Shown: one piece after another, positions 40,053 to 50,673 of the stretch
How positions within the stretch are numbered: the stretch's first letter is position 1
Layout of the letters: each line of letters begins with the position of its first letter
NCBI GenBank assembly: GCA_902545635.1
Contig: CACCGT010000003.1
Span: forward strand, 18,416-82,415
Direction of reading: 5' to 3'
DNA length: 64,000 nucleotides
Origin: an uncultured Pelagibacteraceae bacterium
Lineage (GTDB): Bacteria; Pseudomonadota; Alphaproteobacteria; Pelagibacterales; Pelagibacteraceae
The notes under the pieces: generated by a model
Told to the model about the DNA's origin: nothing
Seen by the model: the letters and a program-made list of their open reading frames with translations, nothing else
Database searches by the model: none
Program-made: the position numbers and the translations under genes

Positions 40053-40679
40053 ATGGCCCTTAAATACAGATTCAATCTGAAGGATATAAAACTTCAAGAC
40101 TTTAAAGTTTATTTAGTAGCAATGTTCAAAGGCATTCTACCAAAGAAAAAAATTAAGAATATTGAGGATTTAAAAGAATTTATTCAGCAAAAATCTGCAT
40201 GGGTATCTCAGGTAACTTTATATAATTATTTAAAAACAAGAATGGGTACGAAATGGGTTCTTCATTTTGATGATGAGAAGTTTTTAAAATCAATTAATAC
40301 TGCAAAATGGAATATTTACGCGATCTCTCTTCAAGATTTATCTTTTTATACAATATCTTATTTAAATGTTTTCTTTAACTACGAAGAAACAAATAAAGCT
40401 GCTGAAATTTATAATAGTATTCTTGATAAGGAAATAGAGAATGGTATGCCCAAAGAAATTGTTGATGAAGCAAGGTTAAGTTTTCAGAAAAGATTAGATC
40501 AAATAAAATGGCAGGATTATTATAAATCTTGGCCATTCAATGAAAGTGCTTTAGCTTTATATAATTGGGCTCCTGTTGCAAATGAATTAAAGACTTTGGA
40601 TAGAAAAATAGTTCTTAATTCGATGATTTTAAAATGGGATAATATCAAGGAAGAGTTTTCAAAATTAATAAAGATCTAA
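40053..40679 (+). CDS. Hypothetical protein
   Basis: 208-aa ORF filling the gap; no motif I can assign. Confidence 0.75.
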   Translation: MALKYRFNLKDIKLQDFKVYLVAMFKGILPKKKIKNIEDLKEFIQQKSAWVSQVTLYNYLKTRMGTKWVLHFDDEKFLKSINTAKWNIYAISLQDLSFYTISYLNVFFNYEETNKAAEIYNSILDKEIENGMPKEIVDEARLSFQKRLDQIKWQDYYKSWPFNESALALYNWAPVANELKTLDRKIVLNSMILKWDNIKEEFSKLIKI

Positions 40680-42673
40680 ATATTTTTTCTATTATCTACT
40701 AAGCTATCGACAACAGAAGGATCTGCCAAGGTAGTGGTATCTCCTAGTTGGCCATGTTCATTAGCAGCTATTTTCCTTAATATTCTTCTCATAATTTTAC
40801 CAGATCTTGTTTTTGGAAGTCCAGGTGCAAATTGTATTAAATCAGGTGTTGCTATTGGACCAATTTGTTTTCTAACCCAAAGTTTTAAATCTCTTTCTAA
40901 ATCAAGGGTACTTTTTTCGCCTGCATTTAAAGTTACGTAACAGTAAAGACCATTTCCTTTTATGTCATGTGGATAACCAACTACAGCTGCCTCCGCTACC
41001 TTTGGATGAGCTACGAATGCACTTTCGATTTCTGCAGTTCCCAGGTTATGTCCTGAAACAATAATTACATCATCAACTCGTCCTGTGATCCAATAATATC
41101 CGTCTTTATCTCTTCTGCATCCATCTCCAGTAAAATATTTTCCATCAAATTGTGAAAAGTATGTATCTATAAACCTTTGGTGGTCTCCATATACAGTTCT
41201 CATTTGTCCAGGCCATGATTGTGCAATACATAATCTGCCTTGAGCTTCTCCTTTTAAGACTTTCCCATCCTTATCAAGTATTTCTGGTTTAATACCATAA
41301 AATGGTTTAGTTGCAGAACCAGGTTTTAAATCTATCGCTCCAGTTTGAGGACTAATTAAAATTCCACCTGTCTCAGTTTGCCACCAAGTGTCTACAATTG
41401 GGCATTTACTATCTCCAACAGTTTTAAAATACCATTCCCATGCTTCAGGATTTATTGGTTCACCAACGGTACCTAAAAGTTTTAAGGATTTTCTAGAAGT
41501 TTTTTTAACAGGTTTATCACCTTCTCTCATTAAAGCTCTAATTGCAGTCGGTGCAGTATAAAAAATGTTAACTTTATATTTATCAACTATTTGCCACCAT
41601 CTTGATGTATCAGGATAAGTTGGTATCCCTTCAAACATAATTGTCGTTGCACCATTAGCAAGTGGACCATAAATAATATAACTGTGTCCAGTAACCCATC
41701 CAATATCAGCTGTGCACCAATAAATATCTTTTGGTTTATAGTTGAAAATATATTGATGAGTCATTGATGCATAAACCATATACCCACCAGTTGTGTGAAG
41801 AACTCCTTTTGGTTTTCCAGTCGAACCAGATGTGTAAAGAATAAATAAAGGATCTTCAGCACTCATTTCCTCAGGTTCACATTTTGTGGAGACTTTCTTT
41901 GTCATATGATGATACCAGACATCTCTATCACTAAACCAATCTATTTTTTTAGTTCCAGTTCTTTTTACGACGATACATTTTTTAACATTTGGACAGCTCT
42001 GTAACGCTTCATCTGTAATTGATTTTAGTGGAATTGTTTTACCGCCTCTAACACCTTCATCTGCAGTTATAACATAATCGGACTCACAGTCATTAATTCT
42101 ACCAGAGATACTATCTGGAGAAAAACCACCAAATATTATTGAGTGAACTGCACCTATTCTTGCACATGCTAGCATTGTATATGCAAGCTCGGGTATCATA
42201 GTCAGATAAATTGTAACTCTATCTCCTTTTTGAACTCCTAAATTTTTTAATCCATTTGCAGTTTTGGAAACTTCTTTATGTAATTCTTTGTAGCTAACTT
42301 TTTTTTGAACTTTTGGATCATCACCAACCCAGATAATTGCAGTTTTATCAGCATTCTTTTTTAAATGTCTATCTATACAATTTGCTGATGCGTTTAATGT
42401 ACCATCATAAAACCATTTAATATGAACATCATCTTTGCTGTACTTTACATCTTTAATTTTTTTATAAGGTTTAATCCAATTTATTCTTTTTCCTTCTTTT
42501 TTCCAAAACCCATCATTATTCTTAATCGATTCGTTATATTTTTTTAAATATTGTGACTTATTAACAATTGCTTTGCTTATCCAATCTTTTTGCGTTTTAT
42601 AAATAGTCTCCTTAGCTTTTTTGGAAGCTATCTTTTTTTTAACTTTTTTTTTTGTTTTTTTTTTCTTAGGCAT
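40676..42673 (-). CDS. acs: Acetyl-CoA synthetase
   Basis: [44 protein letters not shown]. Confidence 0.98.
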   Translation of the reverse strand: MPKKKKTKKKVKKKIASKKAKETIYKTQKDWISKAIVNKSQYLKKYNESIKNNDGFWKKEGKRINWIKPYKKIKDVKYSKDDVHIKWFYDGTLNASANCIDRHLKKNADKTAIIWVGDDPKVQKKVSYKELHKEVSKTANGLKNLGVQKGDRVTIYLTMIPELAYTMLACARIGAVHSIIFGGFSPDSISGRINDCESDYVITADEGVRGGKTIPLKSITDEALQSCPNVKKCIVVKRTGTKKIDWFSDRDVWYHHMTKKVSTKCEPEEMSAEDPLFILYTSGSTGKPKGVLHTTGGYMVYASMTHQYIFNYKPKDIYWCTADIGWVTGHSYIIYGPLANGATTIMFEGIPTYPDTSRWWQIVDKYKVNIFYTAPTAIRALMREGDKPVKKTSRKSLKLLGTVGEPINPEAWEWYFKTVGDSKCPIVDTWWQTETGGILISPQTGAIDLKPGSATKPFYGIKPEILDKDGKVLKGEAQGRLCIAQSWPGQMRTVYGDHQRFIDTYFSQFDGKYFTGDGCRRDKDGYYWITGRVDDVIIVSGHNLGTAEIESAFVAHPKVAEAAVVGYPHDIKGNGLYCYVTLNAGEKSTLDLERDLKLWVRKQIGPIATPDLIQFAPGLPKTRSGKIMRRILRKIAANEHGQLGDTTTLADPSVVDSLVDNRKNI

Positions 42674-42683
42674 GAAATTTTTA

Positions 42684-43100
42684 TTATTTAATTCTACCCA
42701 TGTTCAAAATTATTTTCCAGCTTTTAGTATCAATTGGCATAACTGAGAGTCTACTTTGTTTAATTAGTGACAAGCTCTTTAAATCCTTAATTTTTTTGAT
42801 ATTTTCAAGTGTTACAGGATTTTGAAGTTTTTTTTTAAATTTTACCTTAACTGCAACAAACCTTTTTTTCTTATCTGTTGGATCAATGAATGCAGTTTTT
42901 ATAACTTCAACAATGCCAACAACTTCTTTTCCTATATTAGAATGATAAAAAAAACAAAGATCACCTTTTTGCATTTTTTTTAAATTATTGGCTGCTTGAT
43001 AATTTCTAACACCATCCCAGTCAGCACCTTTTTCTCCAGCTTTGATTTGTTGATCAATTGACCATACATCTGGTTCTGATTTAAGTAACCAATATTGCAT
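42684..43100 (-). CDS. EVE domain protein
   Basis: [27 protein letters not shown]. Confidence 0.93.
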   Translation of the reverse strand: MQYWLLKSEPDVWSIDQQIKAGEKGADWDGVRNYQAANNLKKMQKGDLCFFYHSNIGKEVVGIVEVIKTAFIDPTDKKKRFVAVKVKFKKKLQNPVTLENIKKIKDLKSLSLIKQSRLSVMPIDTKSWKIILNMGRIK

Positions 43101-43217
43101 TTAATTTTTTGTCTTTCTTTTTTCTTTTTTAAGTTTTCTTTTTTCCTTTAAGGATAGTTTAGCTTTTTTCATAATACTCGCATCTTTGAATGATTTTCCA
43201 CTGTATCTTTTTGACAT
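43101..43217 (-). CDS. Small highly basic protein (38 aa), not in ORF track
   Basis: MSKRYSGKSFKDASIMKKAKLSLKEKRKLKKEKRKTKN*; ATG directly abuts the tsaD stop and TAA directly abuts the EVE ATG. Confidence 0.75.
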   Translation of the reverse strand: MSKRYSGKSFKDASIMKKAKLSLKEKRKLKKEKRKTKN

Positions 43218-44291
43218 TTATAATATTACTCCTGCTCCTTTTAAAAATTTTGCTTTTTTATCAAGTGGAAGTCTTGGACTTGCTGGTAGATCTAAATTAT
43301 CAAATTTTTTGATTTTATACTTTTCAAGACCAACAAGTGCAATCATGGCTGCATTATCTCCACATAATTTTGGTTCAGGGAAAATTGATCTGAAGTTATT
43401 TTTCTTACATACTTTTATTAATTTTTTTCTTATACCTATATTAGCCGCTACACCTCCAGCGATCACAAAAGCTCTCCCTTTCTTTTTGCTGAATTTCTTA
43501 AATTCATCAAATGCTATCTGAGTTTTAACTTCTAAAATTTCCTCAATTGTTTTTTGAAAAGATGCTGCAAGATCATATTTCTCCTGCTTAGATCTTATAG
43601 AGCTTGATATCCTTAAAATAGCTGTTTTAAGACCTGCAAATGATAAATTACATCCTCCTTTATTTATAATTGGTTTAGGAAGTTTAAATTTATCCGCATC
43701 CCCCTGCTTTGCAAAACCTTCTAACTTTGGTCCTCCTGGAAATTCAATTCCTAAAAGTTTTGCGGTTTTGTCAAATGCCTCTCCTAATGCATCATCAATT
43801 GTTGTTCCTAATCTTTTGTATTGTCCAAGCCCATTCACACTTAGATATTGAGTATGCCCACCCGAAATTAATAATAATAAATATGGAAAATCTAACTTTG
43901 TGTTAAGTCTTGGACTTAAAGCATGTCCTTCAAGATGGTTTACACCAATAAAAGGTATATTTAAGCTTGCAGATAAAGCTTTACCAAAATTTAAACCAAT
44001 AGTTAGACAAACAATTAAACCTGGGCCAGATGTTGCAGCAATTGCAGAAACATCTTTTAAATTCACACCACTTTCAGTAATTGCTTTTTTTGCAATTAAA
44101 TCGATTTTCTCAACATGAGACCGTGCTGCAAGCTCAGGAACTACACCTCCGAATTCTTTATGAATATCAAATTGACTTGAAACTACGTTAGATAATATTT
44201 TTATCTTACCATTTTTATCTTCTTCTATGATTGACACAGCGGTTTCATCGCAACTTGTCTCAATTCCAAGTATTATTTTTTTTTCATTCAT
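43218..44291 (-). CDS. tsaD: tRNA N6-threonylcarbamoyltransferase TsaD
   Basis: GIETSCDET, GGVVPELAAR.H, NHLEGH, SGGHT, DDALGEAFDK, DNAAMI. Confidence 0.98.
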   Translation of the reverse strand: MNEKKIILGIETSCDETAVSIIEEDKNGKIKILSNVVSSQFDIHKEFGGVVPELAARSHVEKIDLIAKKAITESGVNLKDVSAIAATSGPGLIVCLTIGLNFGKALSASLNIPFIGVNHLEGHALSPRLNTKLDFPYLLLLISGGHTQYLSVNGLGQYKRLGTTIDDALGEAFDKTAKLLGIEFPGGPKLEGFAKQGDADKFKLPKPIINKGGCNLSFAGLKTAILRISSSIRSKQEKYDLAASFQKTIEEILEVKTQIAFDEFKKFSKKKGRAFVIAGGVAANIGIRKKLIKVCKKNNFRSIFPEPKLCGDNAAMIALVGLEKYKIKKFDNLDLPASPRLPLDKKAKFLKGAGVIL

Positions 44292-44345
44292 AAATATTTA
44301 TAATTAATACAATTAATCTATAAGAATGTAATAAAAATAAGAATT

Positions 44346-45257
44346 ATGAAAAGAGATAAATTTATTATTGGAACTCGCGGAAGTAAGTTAGCTCTAATTT
44401 ATACTGAAAAAGTGACTAAGTTTCTTAAAAAAGTTTCATCAACTCACATGGAAATAAAACAAATAGTAACAAGTGGAGATGAAAACCAAAATGATAGGTT
44501 GTCAAATATTGGTGGGAAAGGCTTATTTTCAAAAAAAATTGAAACAGAGCTAATTAATCATAAAATAGATATAGCAGTTCATGCTTTAAAAGATATGCCA
44601 ACTATTGAAACTGAGGGTTTGATAACAAATTTTTATTTAAAAAGAAATTCACCTAATGAAATATTTATTAGCAATAATAATATCAAGTTCCAGGATCTTA
44701 AACCAAATTCAATTATTGGGACTTCTTCATATAGAAGAGAATATCAACTCCAAAATATTAGATCAGATCTAAATTATAAATTAATAAGAGGTAACGTGGA
44801 TACTAGGATCAAAAAGTTAGAGAATGGAGATTACGATGCAATTTTACTCTCTAAAGCTGGTATTGAGGCTTTGGGATTAGATAATAAGATTACTCAGGAA
44901 TTTAATACTGAGGAACTTATACCATGTGCTGGACAAGGAATTATTGCAATACAATGTAGAGAAAATGATCAAGAAATAATAAATATATTGGAAAAAATTA
45001 ACGACAATCAATCGAGAATAATTGCAAATGCAGAAAGGAATGTTTTGAAAATTCTTGAGGGCGATTGTGATACAGCAGTTGGTGTCTATGCAAAAATTAT
45101 CAAAGATATTGTAAATATTAAGGCAGAACTTTTTTCAGTTGATGGAAAACAGAGATTTTATGTTGATGAAAGTGAAAATGAAAAAATGATTAATGATCTA
45201 AGTATTAAGATTGGAGAAAAATTAAAATCAGAGTCAAAAGGATCATACAAAAGGTAG
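44346..45257 (+). CDS. hemC: Hydroxymethylbilane synthase
   Basis: GTRGSKLA, GGKGLF, DIAVHALKD, GTSS.RR, RGNVDTR. Confidence 0.97.
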   Translation: MKRDKFIIGTRGSKLALIYTEKVTKFLKKVSSTHMEIKQIVTSGDENQNDRLSNIGGKGLFSKKIETELINHKIDIAVHALKDMPTIETEGLITNFYLKRNSPNEIFISNNNIKFQDLKPNSIIGTSSYRREYQLQNIRSDLNYKLIRGNVDTRIKKLENGDYDAILLSKAGIEALGLDNKITQEFNTEELIPCAGQGIIAIQCRENDQEIINILEKINDNQSRIIANAERNVLKILEGDCDTAVGVYAKIIKDIVNIKAELFSVDGKQRFYVDESENEKMINDLSIKIGEKLKSESKGSYKR

Positions 45258-45258
45258 A

Positions 45259-45957
45259 ATGCATATTTTATTAACAAGACCACTAGAAGATAGTAAAGAA
45301 TTAATCCTAAGATTTAGTTCTCTGGGGCATAATGTTTCTCATTTACCAGTAATAAAAATTGAACCAATTAAGTACGATGAACCTGACTATAGCCAATTTA
45401 AGGGAGTAATATTCACGAGTTCCAACGCGATAAAGAATTTAGATTTAACTAAAGTTGATAAAAAAATTGAATGTTATTGTGTTGGTTCTGCAACAGAAAA
45501 AGTTGCAAAGTTAAATGGTTTTCAAAATATTATCTCTGCAGAAGGAAACGTAAATAATTTGAAAGAACTAATATTACAAAACTTTGATTCAAAAAATGGA
45601 TCACTTCTTTACGTAAGTGGAGAAGTAGTTTCCAGCAGGTTAGATAAAGATCTTATTTCTGAGGGTTATTCTTTAAAAAGATTGATAAACTATACAGTTT
45701 CTTCAACTTTAGAAATAAAAGAGGAATTCAGAGCAGAATTAAAAAAATCAATTCCTGATATAATTTATGTTTACTCAGAAAATAGTGCCAAGAGTTTATT
45801 AAATTTACTTAAAAAATATGACCTTTTAGATAGTTGGATGGATACTAATTTGATGTGTATGGGTGAAAAATCATCATCAATTTTAAATGAGATCAAGTGG
45901 AAAAAAATTTTTCTATTTAATCCTGGTGAAGAAGAGTTTTTGCTATATAAAATTTAG
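45259..45957 (+). CDS. hemD: Uroporphyrinogen-III synthase
   Basis: ILLTRP, FTSSNA, CVG.AT; follows hemC. Confidence 0.9.
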   Translation: MHILLTRPLEDSKELILRFSSLGHNVSHLPVIKIEPIKYDEPDYSQFKGVIFTSSNAIKNLDLTKVDKKIECYCVGSATEKVAKLNGFQNIISAEGNVNNLKELILQNFDSKNGSLLYVSGEVVSSRLDKDLISEGYSLKRLINYTVSSTLEIKEEFRAELKKSIPDIIYVYSENSAKSLLNLLKKYDLLDSWMDTNLMCMGEKSSSILNEIKWKKIFLFNPGEEEFLLYKI

Positions 45958-45959
45958 CC

Positions 45960-47045
45960 ATGGATGTTTTTGATAATTTTACAGGACTTTTTCTATCAGT
46001 TTGGGAGAAAGGAATATTGGGTGTTAACTTTGTAGAGATTTCGATAGGTCTTGGGATATTCTTTATATTCCTAGTTTTTAGAGGCTTGATTAGTAAATTA
46101 GTAATAAGAAAATTAGAATTAATTTCAAAAAGAACCACCAATAAACTTGACGATACTTTTGTTAAGGCAATGGAGGGACCAGCTAGATTCCTTCCAATTG
46201 TTTTAGGGGTATTTTTTGCGAGTTATTATATGTCTTTTTCAGAAGACACCAGATTATTTTTAGATAATGTAAATAGAACTTTAATAACAATTCTACTATT
46301 TTGGATTATCCATCAGATAATTGAGCCAATATCTTACATTCTTAGTGGTTTTGATAAAATTTTAACTAGAGAACTAATCGGCTGGATCATTAAATCACTT
46401 AAAATCTTAATTTTAATTTTAGGTGCTGCAGCAGTTTTAGAATTATGGGGAATAAAAATTGGTCCGATAATAGCTGGATTAGGTTTATTTGGTGTTGCAG
46501 TTGCATTAGGAGCACAAGATTTATTTAAAAATTTGATTTCAGGAATTTTAGTTCTTGTTGAGAAAAGATTTAAGATGGGTGATTGGATTGAAGTTGAGGG
46601 AATAATTGAGGGTGTAGTAGAAAAAATAGGTTTTAGATCAACCGTAATAAGAAAATTTGATAAATCTTTAGCTATTATCCCCAATTTTCAGTTTGCAGAA
46701 AATGCTGTTATAAATAAAAGTCAAATAACTAATTGGAGAATTAGTTGGACGATAACTCTTCAATACGACTCAACGGTAGAACAATTAAAAACTATTAGAA
46801 ATGACATAGAGAATTTTATTAATCATTCAGAAGATTATGATACTGCTGTTGGAGTATCAGTAAGAGTTGATAAATTTTCTGATAGCTCAATAGACATGTA
46901 TGTGAGATGTTACACAAAAACAAATAGTTGGAGCGAAATGTTATTAGTAAAGGAAAGACTTGCAATTAAGATTAAAGAAATTGTAGAGAGTAACAAAGCC
47001 TCTTTTGCTTTCCCAAGCACGTCTATTTATGTAGAAAAGAAATGA
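45960..47045 (+). CDS. MscS-family mechanosensitive channel
   Basis: AGLGLFGVAVALGAQD..KN, FKMGDWI, GVVEKIGFRST, IPN, FAFP. Confidence 0.93.
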   Translation: MDVFDNFTGLFLSVWEKGILGVNFVEISIGLGIFFIFLVFRGLISKLVIRKLELISKRTTNKLDDTFVKAMEGPARFLPIVLGVFFASYYMSFSEDTRLFLDNVNRTLITILLFWIIHQIIEPISYILSGFDKILTRELIGWIIKSLKILILILGAAAVLELWGIKIGPIIAGLGLFGVAVALGAQDLFKNLISGILVLVEKRFKMGDWIEVEGIIEGVVEKIGFRSTVIRKFDKSLAIIPNFQFAENAVINKSQITNWRISWTITLQYDSTVEQLKTIRNDIENFINHSEDYDTAVGVSVRVDKFSDSSIDMYVRCYTKTNSWSEMLLVKERLAIKIKEIVESNKASFAFPSTSIYVEKK

Positions 47046-47332
47046 TAGCTATATTTTATTTAGTTCTCCAACTTTTGAAATTATATTCATATGTCGTGAT
47101 AGCAAACGTTGTTATTAGCTGGTTAATAGCTTTTAATGTTTTAAATACATCGAACAGATTTGTTTATTCAATTTTAGAATTTACCTATAGGCTCACCGAT
47201 CCAATTCTCAACAAAATCAGGGGTTTTTTACCTAGCCTTGGTGCTTTTGATATATCGCCAATCATTCTTCTTTTGTTGATATGGTTTATAGAAATGTGTA
47301 TGAAGCTCTACATAGCACCACTAATTTTTTAA
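47042..47332 (+). CDS. YggT-family membrane protein
   Basis: SWLIAFNVLN, LTDP.L..IR..LP, DISPI. Confidence 0.92.
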   Translation: MIAIFYLVLQLLKLYSYVVIANVVISWLIAFNVLNTSNRFVYSILEFTYRLTDPILNKIRGFLPSLGAFDISPIILLLLIWFIEMCMKLYIAPLIF

Positions 47333-47336
47333 TATC

Positions 47337-48185
47337 ATGATATTAATTGACGGAAAAAAACAATCAGCTGAACTAAGAGAAGAACTAAAACAAGAAGTTG
47401 AGGGTTTAAAACAAAAACACAATAAAGTTCCAGGTCTTACAGTAATTTTAATTGGGGACTTAGCCCCAAGCCAAATTTATGTAAGAAATAAAGAAAAATC
47501 AGCAAAACAAGTTGGTTTGAAATCAGAAGTTATAAAATATCCAGATACAGTAGATGAAAAAACTGTTTTAAATAAAATTGAGGAACTTAATAAGGATGAA
47601 ACAGTTTCAGGTATTTTAGTTCAATTGCCATTGCCCAAACATATCAATAAGCAACATGTTATTGAAACTATCTCACCACACAAGGATGTAGATGGTTTAC
47701 ATCCAATGAATGTGGGCAATCTATCGTCTGGATATCAAGGATCAATTCCTTGTACACCACTTGGATGTTATTACTTATTAAAAAAAATTGAACCCAACCT
47801 AACGGGAAAAAAAGCTGTCATGATTGGTAGATCAAATCTAAATGGAAAAGCTATGGCGCAGCTATTACTTCAGGAAGATTGTACAGTAACGATTACTCAT
47901 TCAAAAACTAAAGATCTTCAGCATGAGTGCTTAGAGGCAGATGTAATTGTAGCAGCAGTTGGAATTCCTGAACTTATAAAGGGAGATTGGGTAAAAAAAG
48001 ATGCAATAGTTATAGATGTCGGAATAAATAAAACAGAAAATGGTATAGTTGGTGATGTAAATTTTGAAGAAGTTTCAAAAATTGCAAAAGCTTTAACGCC
48101 AGTTCCAGGTGGCGTTGGACCTATGACAATTGCATGTCTTTTAAAAAATACAATTGAGTGTTTCAAAAGATCGTTAATTAATTAA
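47337..48185 (+). CDS. folD: Methylene-THF dehydrogenase/cyclohydrolase
   Basis: YVRNK, GILVQLPLP, KDVDG, PCTP, DVGIN, TPVPGGVGPMT. Confidence 0.97.
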   Translation: MILIDGKKQSAELREELKQEVEGLKQKHNKVPGLTVILIGDLAPSQIYVRNKEKSAKQVGLKSEVIKYPDTVDEKTVLNKIEELNKDETVSGILVQLPLPKHINKQHVIETISPHKDVDGLHPMNVGNLSSGYQGSIPCTPLGCYYLLKKIEPNLTGKKAVMIGRSNLNGKAMAQLLLQEDCTVTITHSKTKDLQHECLEADVIVAAVGIPELIKGDWVKKDAIVIDVGINKTENGIVGDVNFEEVSKIAKALTPVPGGVGPMTIACLLKNTIECFKRSLIN

Positions 48186-48191
48186 AGATTA

Positions 48192-49250
48192 TTGCCAAAG
48201 TTAGTAATTTTAATTCTTATTTTTTTTATCTATAATTCTTTATCATTAGCTATGGAAAAAATACCTTATCATCACTTACCAGACGGTAGCTTCAGAAATC
48301 CTGAGGGCTCACCTGAGAGAAATTCTAATTTCAAATGGTCCTTTAAAGTATTCAACAAAGAAAAGAAAAAACTTAATATGTCTGTTCCCAAGGATCACGT
48401 CATTGATAAACAAAGAGTTCTTTCAAATTTAGAAAATTTAAAAAATGATGATTATGTCGGTTGGATTGGACATGCAACTTTCTTAATAAAGCTTGGAAAT
48501 ACAACAATTATAACTGATCCTGTCTTTTCAAAAAATGCAGGCCCACTAATTTTTGGTCCAAAAAGATATGTCAAAACTGCCCTAGATTTAAATGAAATTC
48601 CTAAGACACACTTATTTCTTCTAACTCATAATCATTACGATCATCAAGATATGACTACAATTAGAAGATTTCCTTTTAAGGATGCAAAAGTTTTACTTCC
48701 TCTAAAGCTTGGAAAGTATTTCATGCGAAATAGCTACAAAGATGTGAAGGAAATGGATTGGTATGATGAAATTAAAGTTAATCAAGACCTTAAAGTAACA
48801 TTGTTACCAGCAGTTCACTGGTCAAAAAGAAGCTTAACAGATACAAATAAAACTTTATGGGGAAACTTTTTAATTGAGTACAAGGACAAAAAGATACTCT
48901 TTGCTTGTGACACTGGAGTTGGAAATATTTATAAAGAGTTAGGTGAAAAATATGGACCTATTGATTTAACACTTATTAACATTGGGGCATATAATTTTTA
49001 TCCATTATCACCTAATAAAGATAAATCTTCTTATCATACCAACCCTGAAGAGGCTTTAAGTATTGCAAGAGACCTTAAAAGTAAAAAGGTTTTAGGGATG
49101 CACTGGGGTACTTTTGTTTTATCTTTGGAGCCAATAATGGAGCCACCAGTTAGATTTAAAGATAATGCAGAAAAATATGGTTTTAAAAAAGAAGATGCAA
49201 TTATTTTTAAAATCGGTGAATTTCAGTCTTTAAAAAATTTAGGAATTTAA
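48192..49250 (+). CDS. Exported MBL-fold metallohydrolase (NAPE-PLD/RomA-like)
   Basis: Signal peptide; WIGHATF, TDP, THNHYDH, HWSKR, MHWGTF. Confidence 0.85.
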   Translation: MPKLVILILIFFIYNSLSLAMEKIPYHHLPDGSFRNPEGSPERNSNFKWSFKVFNKEKKKLNMSVPKDHVIDKQRVLSNLENLKNDDYVGWIGHATFLIKLGNTTIITDPVFSKNAGPLIFGPKRYVKTALDLNEIPKTHLFLLTHNHYDHQDMTTIRRFPFKDAKVLLPLKLGKYFMRNSYKDVKEMDWYDEIKVNQDLKVTLLPAVHWSKRSLTDTNKTLWGNFLIEYKDKKILFACDTGVGNIYKELGEKYGPIDLTLINIGAYNFYPLSPNKDKSSYHTNPEEALSIARDLKSKKVLGMHWGTFVLSLEPIMEPPVRFKDNAEKYGFKKEDAIIFKIGEFQSLKNLGI

Positions 49251-49483
49251 CAACAGCCGCAAGTTTTCTTTGGCTTACTTTTTTCTTCTTTTAATAATTT
49301 TTCTTCGGTTTTTGTTATTTCCAGCTCTCTTGCACTTTCTTCTAAAGCAGTTTTTTCTTGCAATAGTTTGTTTTCAAAATATGCGTAAAGAGAGTTAAAG
49401 CCTAACTTAGAAGCTTTTTTTTCTTCGTAGTTTCTTCTTCCCTTTAAATTTTCAATTAATTCTAATATTTGTGGGTTTTGCAT
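49247..49483 (-). CDS. Hypothetical small protein with C-terminal CGCC
   Basis: 78-aa ORF filling the gap; charged coiled-coil-like body. Confidence 0.65.
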   Translation of the reverse strand: MQNPQILELIENLKGRRNYEEKKASKLGFNSLYAYFENKLLQEKTALEESARELEITKTEEKLLKEEKSKPKKTCGCC

Positions 49484-49524
49484 ATTATTTTTATCTCATA
49501 AATTAAAAAAATTTCAATTATAAT

Positions 49525-50667
49525 TTATTCAAGGTTTTCTACTATTTTAGGAATATATTTTTTAAAGTTAAAAAAACCTTTATTACAAAACTTCCATGAA
49601 TTTTGATCTAACTTTCTATAAAGAAACTCAATATTTTTAAGCGAGTTTTGATTTATGTAATCTAAATTTTCCCCAACAGTTGGATAAAGGCAGTAACAGC
49701 TTTCTAAGTTTTTAATTTCGTTTATATCAATAATCTCACAATTAATTGATTTTTCCTCTAACCTTTTCTTTTGTTGCTCAATTAAACTAGCCTTAAAATT
49801 AACTACATTTTCACTAAGTTTAATATTTCTATTTTCATTTTTATTATCAATAAGAAGAATTTTTTTGAATTTTTGAATTGCAAAGTCAGTGATTTCAAAT
49901 GCTAAGTTATTTTCAAAAACTAGTAAGTTTTTCTCTTCAATATTTATCGGATTTTCAAAAGTTTTATGAAGAATAGTATAATTTTTATCATTTATTATTG
50001 GGGGTGCATTTTCGTTAAGTCTAATATTTTCAAATCTATTATTTGTAAATTTTTTAATATTCCATTCACTTGCAAGATAATGTTTCCCTTGAGTTTGAAT
50101 ACCCGCAACCCAACGCCAGCCCAAGGTATTAGATGCAGTATCACCATCGTATAAGTGTTGCATAAAAAATTCAGCACCAAGTTGCCAAGGTAAGTCTAGT
50201 GTAAATATCCAAATGCTCGCAAACCACATTCTGGTATGATTATGCAAATAATTATAAGTTTTAAGTTCATTTACCCATTCATTAAAGCATTCAATTTCAG
50301 TGTTACCTTCAATGGCATTTAAGTAACTTTTATTATCATTAAATTCTTCTTTTATTTTTTTTAAATCTAATAAATAATCATCCCAAACTCCTGATCTTAG
50401 TTCCAACCAACCTTTCCAGTATGTTCGCCATAAAACTTCTTGAATAAATTTTTCATTTTTTGAAAAGGAAAATTTTTCCAGTGACTTACTAATCACTTCT
50501 TTTTCATTAATCACCCCATGTGTAATATATGGTGATAAGCAAGATGTATTTGATCTTTTATCGGGACCAAAATCAAAATTTCTTAATTTTGAATACTCTC
50601 CGAGACTATTTTTAATAAAATTATCTAAGTTCTCAATAGCCGAAGCTCTTGTAGTTTTAAATTCCAT
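49525..50667 (-). CDS. Photolyase-family protein with N-terminal FAD-binding domain (NewPHL-like)
   Basis: TSCLSPYI, FIQEVLWR.YW, YLHNHTRMWFAS, DGD.ASN..GWRWVAG all in the N-terminal ~200 aa. Confidence 0.85.
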   Translation of the reverse strand: MEFKTTRASAIENLDNFIKNSLGEYSKLRNFDFGPDKRSNTSCLSPYITHGVINEKEVISKSLEKFSFSKNEKFIQEVLWRTYWKGWLELRSGVWDDYLLDLKKIKEEFNDNKSYLNAIEGNTEIECFNEWVNELKTYNYLHNHTRMWFASIWIFTLDLPWQLGAEFFMQHLYDGDTASNTLGWRWVAGIQTQGKHYLASEWNIKKFTNNRFENIRLNENAPPIINDKNYTILHKTFENPINIEEKNLLVFENNLAFEITDFAIQKFKKILLIDNKNENRNIKLSENVVNFKASLIEQQKKRLEEKSINCEIIDINEIKNLESCYCLYPTVGENLDYINQNSLKNIEFLYRKLDQNSWKFCNKGFFNFKKYIPKIVENLE

Positions 50668-50673
50668 TTTTTT

